The notes under the pieces: generated by a model | Database searches by the model: none | Told to the model about the DNA's origin: nothing | Seen by the model: only the letters and a program-made list of their open reading frames with translations | Made by a program: the position numbers and the translations under genes | In this document: positions 14,902-20,000 of the stretch, piece after piece | How positions within the stretch are numbered: position 1 is the stretch's first letter | How the letters are laid out: each line of letters begins with the position of its first letter | IMG/VR virus record: IMGVR_UViG_3300022223_000003 | Strand: one strand, 5' to 3' | Length of the DNA: 20,000 nucleotides | DNA from: an uncultured virus (IMG/VR IMGVR_UViG_3300022223_000003) | Taxonomy: Duplodnaviria; Heunggongvirae; Uroviricota; Caudoviricetes

Positions 14902-17091
14902 TCAGGCGGGCTCGCCGTCTCCCCCGGGCTCCACGTCGTTTGGCGTGGGTTCATCGTCGATCTCCGTCAAATCCCCGTCATCTGGCGGGGCCATCAGGTC
15001 GTCTCCCGTGACTTCCCCGTCGCCGTCCAGCTCGATCTCGGTGAGCTGGTCCCGAACAGCGTCGAAATGACGCATGAGCGCGTCCACCGCACGTTCCGCC
15101 AGACCTGGATCGATCACGTGAAGCTCGGCGAGGCCCCCGAAAAACGCCTTGAGGTATTGCAGCGAAGCGCGCTTGTTCCCGTCGCGAACGTACCCGAGGA
15201 ACTGTTCGGAAAAGGGGCGCCAATCCTCGAACTCGGCGAAGTGGATGAGCATCGCCACCGTTCTTCCGACCAGCTCACCTTCGTCCGCCGCGTTGTCGAG
15301 CGCCTGAACGTGGTCTTGGGTCAGCGTCGGCAGTTCCGGCACCTTGCCTGTCCGTTGAACCACCGCGGCGGCGGCCTGTTGCACTTGTTCGGCCGATGGT
15401 CCTACCGCCCCGTAGGGACCGACAACCCCTTGCGGGGGCACGGGGCGTTGGGGGGTCTGTGGGGGCGGCTGCTGAGCTGCCTGGGGGGGCATCGGCCGTT
15501 GAGCACCCTGCGGAGACTGCGGCTGTTGGACGGCCTGGGGAGGTGTCTGGGGAACCGGGTACATCTGCTGGGGCGCCATAGGGGCTCCCGGGGTCATCTG
15601 AGGGGCGGCCATCTGTTGAGTGCGCTGAAGCATCCGTTGTTGGAGGGCGAGACGCTGGCGTTCAGCCTCCATAGCGGTTCTTTGCTGTGCTTCGCCCTGG
15701 CCGATCCGCGCCCGAATCGTGTTCGCGATGCTTCCCGCGAAGTCCCGGTTCGAGAAAAGAGCCCCCAGGGCGTCGAAAAAACCCGCGGATACCCCGCCCT
15801 CTTGGGACCGGCTGAAGTTCTGCGCAACGTTCATCACGGCGGCCAAATCGTCGATGGTGCTCTTGAGCGTCGACGACCTGTCTTCCTTTTTCGTCACCAG
15901 CTCAAGGACGTCCTTGACGGAGAGGCTGTTGTTGTCCTGCTGGAGCAACTTCGCCTTCAAGAACTCCTTGAACTCGTCGTCAGGGGCTTCGCCTCCCCCA
16001 CCCATCATAGTCATGAGCATCCCCATCGCTTTGACGAGTTCGGTGAGCCCTTCCGTGGGCGACTGCTGCGGCGGGGGCGCCGGGGGCGGCGGCGGTGGAG
16101 CTGCGGCACCGATGGAGCCGTCCTCCGTCAGCTTCATCAAAAGCATCTTCATGACCGGGTCTTCTTCCTTGGGTTTGGAAAGAAGAGCCATCATCATCTG
16201 ATTCTGACGATCAGCCTGAGCTTTGTTCTCCTGCATCATCATCATCATCATCTGCATCGTCCGGTCACCGGACGCTGCAAGCGCGGCCTGCGCTTCATTG
16301 ATCTGTTCTTTGGCTTCGGCCGCCTTGACTTCGGCGTTGCCTGAAAGTTTTTCTTGTACTTGCATGAGACCTGCCAGCATTTCGAGAGGATCGGTTGTTT
16401 CTCGCGGTTTTGTCACTTCACGCATCTGTTGTAGGTAGCGCTCGTTCTGTTTCTCGTTGCGTTCCATCATGGCGGACACGAGATCCAGGGCGCCCGTCGC
16501 GTCCTTTTTCTGCGGGACGCCGAGTAGACGAACGGTGCCCAGTTCCATCTCCCGATTGGCCGCATCAACCCCCACCAAGTCGTACTCGCCGGGGCCGTAG
16601 TCGTCCATAACGTACCGCGTCAAAAACGACTCGAAATCAGAGAAGTTGTTGAGGTCTTCGGCGCTGTAATCGCTGATGTACCCGCGATTACCCTTGTCGC
16701 GCTTGTAGACCTTGACCCGAGCGGCCCCCGGCGCTTTGTCCAAGAGGTTTTTGGGCATCCCCTTCCCGGCCCCTTGCGGCTTTCGTGCTCGGGCGGGTTT
16801 GGGGGGAGGCACCATCGGTGCAGAGGGCCCAGGGATAGGAACGATTCCTTCATCTTCAGGTGCGGGCGAAGGAACGACGACCTCCACCTCGGCGCTGGAC
16901 GCCACTTCCGCGGCGCCCCCCTTCCCTCTCCGCCCGTTCGACGGTTTACCGTCCGTTTCCACGTCGACGGACGAAGCGACCTCCTCAGCCGCGTCTCTGG
17001 CGACCTCTTCTGGATCGGCTTTCGCGTCGATGCCGAGAGCGCTCAACGTGTCGTTGATGTCGCGGCCTTTCTCTGTCGAAGCTGTTGGCAT
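14902..17091 (-). CDS. 729-aa low-complexity protein: acidic/Pro N-terminus, small globular domain (YGPGEY), Met/Gln-rich coiled coils, poly-Pro and PQ tracts, helical C-terminal domain
   Basis: Long ORF with GAGGA SD, 7 bp downstream of the recombinase; (ATG)6 run at 16234-16251; no Walker motifs seen. Confidence 0.85.
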   Translation of the reverse strand: MPTASTEKGRDINDTLSALGIDAKADPEEVARDAAEEVASSVDVETDGKPSNGRRGKGGAAEVASSAEVEVVVPSPAPEDEGIVPIPGPSAPMVPPPKPARARKPQGAGKGMPKNLLDKAPGAARVKVYKRDKGNRGYISDYSAEDLNNFSDFESFLTRYVMDDYGPGEYDLVGVDAANREMELGTVRLLGVPQKKDATGALDLVSAMMERNEKQNERYLQQMREVTKPRETTDPLEMLAGLMQVQEKLSGNAEVKAAEAKEQINEAQAALAASGDRTMQMMMMMMQENKAQADRQNQMMMALLSKPKEEDPVMKMLLMKLTEDGSIGAAAPPPPPPAPPPQQSPTEGLTELVKAMGMLMTMMGGGGEAPDDEFKEFLKAKLLQQDNNSLSVKDVLELVTKKEDRSSTLKSTIDDLAAVMNVAQNFSRSQEGGVSAGFFDALGALFSNRDFAGSIANTIRARIGQGEAQQRTAMEAERQRLALQQRMLQRTQQMAAPQMTPGAPMAPQQMYPVPQTPPQAVQQPQSPQGAQRPMPPQAAQQPPPQTPQRPVPPQGVVGPYGAVGPSAEQVQQAAAAVVQRTGKVPELPTLTQDHVQALDNAADEGELVGRTVAMLIHFAEFEDWRPFSEQFLGYVRDGNKRASLQYLKAFFGGLAELHVIDPGLAERAVDALMRHFDAVRDQLTEIELDGDGEVTGDDLMAPPDDGDLTEIDDEPTPNDVEPGGDGEPA

Positions 17092-17098
17092 TTCTTCC

Positions 17099-18022
17099 TC
17101 ATTCAGTCAGGGAGGCCCCTGCATCGTGCACGGCCTTCACGGTGCTAGAGGGCTCCATCGAGATGTAGTGATCCACCGTTGTTTGGACATTGGCGTGTCC
17201 GGCGATTTTCGCGATCGTGGCCAAGTCGACGCCTTTGCGATGCAACGTCGTGACGTAGGTGCGCCGCATCGTGTGGGGCGTGAAGTTCATCCCCATGGGT
17301 TCGCGCATTTTCTGGAGAGAGTCTCGAAGAGAGCGGGAACTTACGTGATTGGTTCCACTCGTCGATGTTTTTTTCGTGATTCGCGGGAAGAGCCAAGGAC
17401 CTTTCTGTCGTTTTCTCCACCCGGCCAAGTAACCCGTCAAGATCTCGACACCTTCCTCCATCAAAGGTACGTGGCGCTCCTTGTCGCCCTTGCCGAGAAC
17501 CTTGAGGATCAGAGTGCTCTTCTTCTTGCCGTTCGCCAGCTTCACGTGAGCACGCTGGATGTGTTCCAACTTCAACGACACGATCTCGGCCGCTCGCAGG
17601 CCGCAACAGGGGAGCAACATAACGGCTGTCCGCATGGGCTCTTCCAGCTCCAGGTCTGCCGAGCGGAAGTAGTTTGTGAACTGATCGACAGGTAGCACTT
17701 CGCGCATGCGTACTTGGCGGCTGGGGAGGTCGACCTTCGTTTGTTCGACCACCTCCACCCCTCGCCCTCGGACCCACTCTAGGTACTTCTTGATTGCGAA
17801 GATGTGCACCCGCACTGTGTTTGGGCGCAATCGCTGCCGAATGAGCATCGAAGCCAGCTCGGAAAGCAGCCCTGGGGGGATTTGAGAGAAGTCTCCGTAG
17901 CCGTTGGCCCGCATCACTCGCAGAAAAATGTCCGCGCTCGAAGCGTATTTCTGGGCAGTGCCTGGCGATTTCACACCGAGGAGATACTGGCGAAACGCTT
18001 TGCTGGACACATCCGCTGGCAC
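17099..18022 (-). CDS. Tyrosine recombinase/integrase (XerC/D-like)
   Basis: Catalytic residues all present: GLRAAE (R), GKGDKER (K), HTMRR (HxxR), AGHAN (H), TTVDHY (Y); N-terminal core-binding domain; 307 aa. Confidence 0.95.
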   Translation of the reverse strand: MPADVSSKAFRQYLLGVKSPGTAQKYASSADIFLRVMRANGYGDFSQIPPGLLSELASMLIRQRLRPNTVRVHIFAIKKYLEWVRGRGVEVVEQTKVDLPSRQVRMREVLPVDQFTNYFRSADLELEEPMRTAVMLLPCCGLRAAEIVSLKLEHIQRAHVKLANGKKKSTLILKVLGKGDKERHVPLMEEGVEILTGYLAGWRKRQKGPWLFPRITKKTSTSGTNHVSSRSLRDSLQKMREPMGMNFTPHTMRRTYVTTLHRKGVDLATIAKIAGHANVQTTVDHYISMEPSSTVKAVHDAGASLTE

Positions 18023-18075
18023 TGGGCACCGATAGGGTCACGTGACAGCTAACCACTCTTTGACAAGGAAACACA

Positions 18076-18272
18076 ACTTTTTTGGACGAAAAAAAGGCTC
18101 CTAGCAACAACGGCACGTCGTTTTCTATCGAGATAGGGCTCCTAGTGACACGCTACTCGCTTTTTTGACACAAAAAACCTTCCTGTATCCACAATCACCT
18201 GCTTTTTTGACACAAAACATGTTCCTGAAAACACACCTCCCTTCTTTTTTCTGCCGGAACATGGCTCCTAAA
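18076..18272. repeat. Degenerate five-unit ~42-bp tandem array in the AT-rich divergent intergenic region
   Basis: Units begin near 18076, 18119, 18159, 18201 and 18243, each with a T-tract and a TCCT core. GCTTTTTTGACACAAAA is exact at 18159 and 18201; GGCTCCTA occurs at 18096, 18137 and 18263. Confidence 0.75.
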
Positions 18273-18274
18273 GG

Positions 18275-18304
18275 TTGTTTCAGCCCTTGCACCCCCTGTA
18301 TGCT
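18275..18304 (+). promoter_or_regulatory. Putative promoter abutting ATG 18313
   Basis: TTGTTT-N18-TATGCT-N8-ATG; shares CCCCTGTAnGCT with the site at 18716-18727. Confidence 0.4.
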
Positions 18305-18312
18305 CCCAGAGC

Positions 18313-18684
18313 ATGAGACGTCTATTCGAGTTCCTCATCCGCCGCGAGAGCAAGGACGACCATCTCGCAAAGGACAAGGAGAACTACGCCGACGACATGG
18401 ATCTCGTTATTTCCCCTCGGGATGGCAGCCTGGTAGCTGTCGCCCAGGTCGACGGGGTCCACGTCTGCTGGGTGTGCTTCGATCTGTTCGTCGAAGACCC
18501 GGCCCACCCTGATCGGCAGGTCGAGTTCAACTGTGGAGGGCACGGCACCCGCATCCACATCCACGCCAAATGTGTTCGGGCTGCGGGGCGCTACAAGGGC
18601 GACCTCTTGCACGACAAGGTGGCAGGGCACCAAGCGCGGCGTTTCGCCACCAAAGCGACAGTGGGTTCTTCCAACAGCGGCTGA
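18313..18684 (+). CDS. Small putative zinc-binding protein (CxxC...HxxC), 123 aa
   Basis: CWVC ... HIHAKC; first gene of the divergent unit. Confidence 0.7.
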   Translation: MRRLFEFLIRRESKDDHLAKDKENYADDMDLVISPRDGSLVAVAQVDGVHVCWVCFDLFVEDPAHPDRQVEFNCGGHGTRIHIHAKCVRAAGRYKGDLLHDKVAGHQARRFATKATVGSSNSG

Positions 18685-18698
18685 CGCCAGCACACCTG

Positions 18699-18727
18699 TT
18701 GCCGTGTTCGCGCAGCCCCTGTAGGCT
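18699..18727 (+). promoter_or_regulatory. Putative sigma70-like promoter giving a leaderless transcript
   Basis: TTGCCG-N17-TAGGCT-N6-ATG(18734); no SD. Confidence 0.55.
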
Positions 18728-18733
18728 GACACT

Positions 18734-19522
18734 ATGCCGAGCGACTACTCCGAACTGCCGCAGTTTCTGGCGACCCGCGAGGGGGAGGCGTACTCCTCGC
18801 AGTTCTCCACGGACGACTACGGCGAAGTCGGAGACCAGCGCCCCTACCAAATCGTCTTCCCGAGCTACCCAGCGCCCAAGTTCCTGGCTCGCTACCAAGA
18901 GCTGAAAGCCGCCCTCAACGAGTGTGGGACCTTGTGTCAGCTCACCGGCAAACCGTTTCGGCTCGTGAAGTGGGGGTCGAGGCTTCCTTGCTACCCCTGT
19001 CAGGGGCGCAAGCGGACCAACAAACTCCCGGGCCTGAAGATCACATCCCCAGGCGCACTTCGCGGCTTTCCAAGCGCTCAACCCATCGCCGACTTCCACC
19101 CCCGTGGCGGCACGCTCATCTACGGTCCAGACGGGCAACCCAAGCTCGTCGGCGCCCCCAACTTCCGTGTCACGCGCAACCCGAACCAGCCGCGCAGTTT
19201 CGTCAACTGGGAGACGCCTATACCCCAGCGATACCTGGAGGCGGTGAAGACAGCGCAGTATGTCGCTCGCGCCACCGGCCGCAACGCTTTCTTGTGCTCC
19301 TCGATGGGAGCGAGCTGCAAGAGCCGCAACCCCAAGAAGTGGGTGCCGGTGGTCTACGTGACCCCCGGCGGCCTCGTGCAACGCTACCCTCACGACCTGC
19401 AACTGCCTGGCGCCACGAGCACGAAAGGTTCCACCTCGGCCGTCAACACGGTCACAGCAGACGAGTTCCGCGAGCTGGTGCGCGAAAGTGAGGGGCGCAC
19501 CCGTCTCGGCCAAGTTCACTGA
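18734..19522 (+). CDS. Hypothetical basic protein (262 aa) with apparent internal domain duplication
   Basis: GC3-biased ORF; two segments with helix-TG[KR]...L ... C ... P[IV]....P(R)GG. Confidence 0.8.
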   Translation: MPSDYSELPQFLATREGEAYSSQFSTDDYGEVGDQRPYQIVFPSYPAPKFLARYQELKAALNECGTLCQLTGKPFRLVKWGSRLPCYPCQGRKRTNKLPGLKITSPGALRGFPSAQPIADFHPRGGTLIYGPDGQPKLVGAPNFRVTRNPNQPRSFVNWETPIPQRYLEAVKTAQYVARATGRNAFLCSSMGASCKSRNPKKWVPVVYVTPGGLVQRYPHDLQLPGATSTKGSTSAVNTVTADEFRELVRESEGRTRLGQVH

Positions 19523-19553
19523 AAAACCGCATTTCTCACCTGAAGGAGAACAG

Positions 19554-20000
19554 ATGCCAACCCTTGACGAGATAGCCGAGAGGCAAGCAAAGACACAGCT
19601 TCGACGACGTGCCGTCCGTGCTATCCGCAACGAAGATCGCCTGGCGTTCGAGGAGCGGGTAGAAGACAAGGTCGCCGAGCTAAAGAAGCGGGCAGCCAAA
19701 GAAGCCAAGGCCGCCGCCAAGGAGGCTGAAGCCAACGCCGAGGCACAGGCCGATCAACAAAAGGTTTCCGCCGAACGTCGAACCGAGCGAATCGCGCAAC
19801 GCGAAGCTCGAAAAACGGAGCGGAGAAACCGCAGAAGGGGTTTGCGCACTCGACAAAGCACAGCGACCCCCGAGACCGGCGAGGCGAGCACAGCGACCCC
19901 CGAGACCGGCGAGGCGAGCACAGCGGCCCCCGAGACCGGCGAGGCGAGCACAGCGGCCCCCGAGACCGGCGAGGCGAGCACAGCGGCCCCCGAGACCGGC
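19554..20000 (+). CDS. 3'-truncated charged coiled-coil protein with STA[TA]PETGEA decapeptide repeats (absent from ORF track)
   Basis: AAGGAGAACAG-ATG at 19554; open to the window end: MPTLDEIAERQAKTQLRRR...RQSTATPETGEASTATPETGEASTAAPETG. Confidence 0.85.
   Translation, partial: MPTLDEIAERQAKTQLRRRAVRAIRNEDRLAFEERVEDKVAELKKRAAKEAKAAAKEAEANAEAQADQQKVSAERRTERIAQREARKTERRNRRRGLRTRQSTATPETGEASTATPETGEASTAAPETGEASTAAPETGEASTAAPETG
19857..20000 (+). repeat. 30-bp tandem repeat, at least 4.8 copies, runs off the window
   Basis: AGCACAGCG[A/G]CCCCCGAGACCGGCGAGGCG head-to-tail; first two copies carry A, later copies G. Confidence 0.97.

Larger units (their letters stand above)
1..20000. mobile_element. 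Part of a putative tailless (jelly-roll capsid, internal membrane) temperate virus/provirus; boundaries lie outside the window
   Basis: Dense co-oriented ORFs with TGATG/TAATG overlaps, tyrosine recombinase, transglutaminase-like enzyme, beta-rich capsid-like proteins, fibre protein, many small TM proteins; no cellular core genes and no recognisable tailed-phage head/tail hallmarks. Confidence 0.7.

Noticed and set aside
15067..16344. Long antisense/alternate-frame ORFs (e.g. 15067..16344+, 12521..13309+, 13316..14083+, 7306..8079+, 16712..17695+, 17145..18116-, 18527..19735-)
   Set aside because: Shadows of GC3-rich real genes; atypical composition, no motifs, and full overlap with better-supported CDSs.
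14902..17091. 729-aa protein as packaging ATPase or tape measure
   Set aside because: No Walker A/B motifs, and no tail genes or tape-measure-type periodicity.
17099..18022. Chromosomal xerC/xerD or integron integrase
   Set aside because: Viral gene context; no dif-like site, attC cassettes or IntI-specific insertion recognised, so no gene symbol was assigned.
18076..18272. ~42-bp array as a mini-CRISPR
   Set aside because: Units are too degenerate and short, with no constant repeat plus 30-40-nt spacer structure.
19857..20000. 30-bp repeats as a CRISPR array
   Set aside because: Head-to-tail with no unique spacers, in frame within a CDS, and no cas genes.
19860..20000. [TA]PETG as sortase LPxTG signals
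   Set aside because: No Leu at position 1, tandemly repeated, and no following TM/basic tail visible.

Overview
No host housekeeping genes, rRNA, tRNA or CRISPR array were recognised. The GC-rich window reads as part of one virus-like element. About 16.4 kb (1625-18022) is a tightly packed minus-strand gene run. In transcription order it encodes a tyrosine recombinase, a 729-aa Met/Gln/Pro-rich protein, a transglutaminase-like Cys-His-Asp enzyme, a multi-TM protein and three consecutive beta-rich 146-221-aa proteins (putative single-jelly-roll major and minor capsid proteins, with a terminator after the first). These are followed by a 1122-aa membrane-anchored protein with peptidoglycan-binding-like repeats, a repeat-containing basic protein, several small membrane proteins, a frameshifted DUF2793/ARxDHxH fibre, and DUF1360-like and holin-like membrane proteins. 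No terminase, portal, HK97 capsid or tail genes are recognisable. The best reading, by inference, is the morphogenesis module of an uncharacterised tailless, internal-membrane temperate virus. Patterns seen directly in the sequence include a recurrent adenovirus-protease-like (M/L/F/Y)xG(L/V/Y)G motif across the putative virion proteins and an identical 12-nt translation-initiation box before three genes. There are also twin MLGVLQQ microproteins mis-started by the ORF track, a five-unit ~42-bp phased array in the divergent control region, and sigma70-like promoters abutting start codons. All family assignments come from motif recognition by eye, not database searches.
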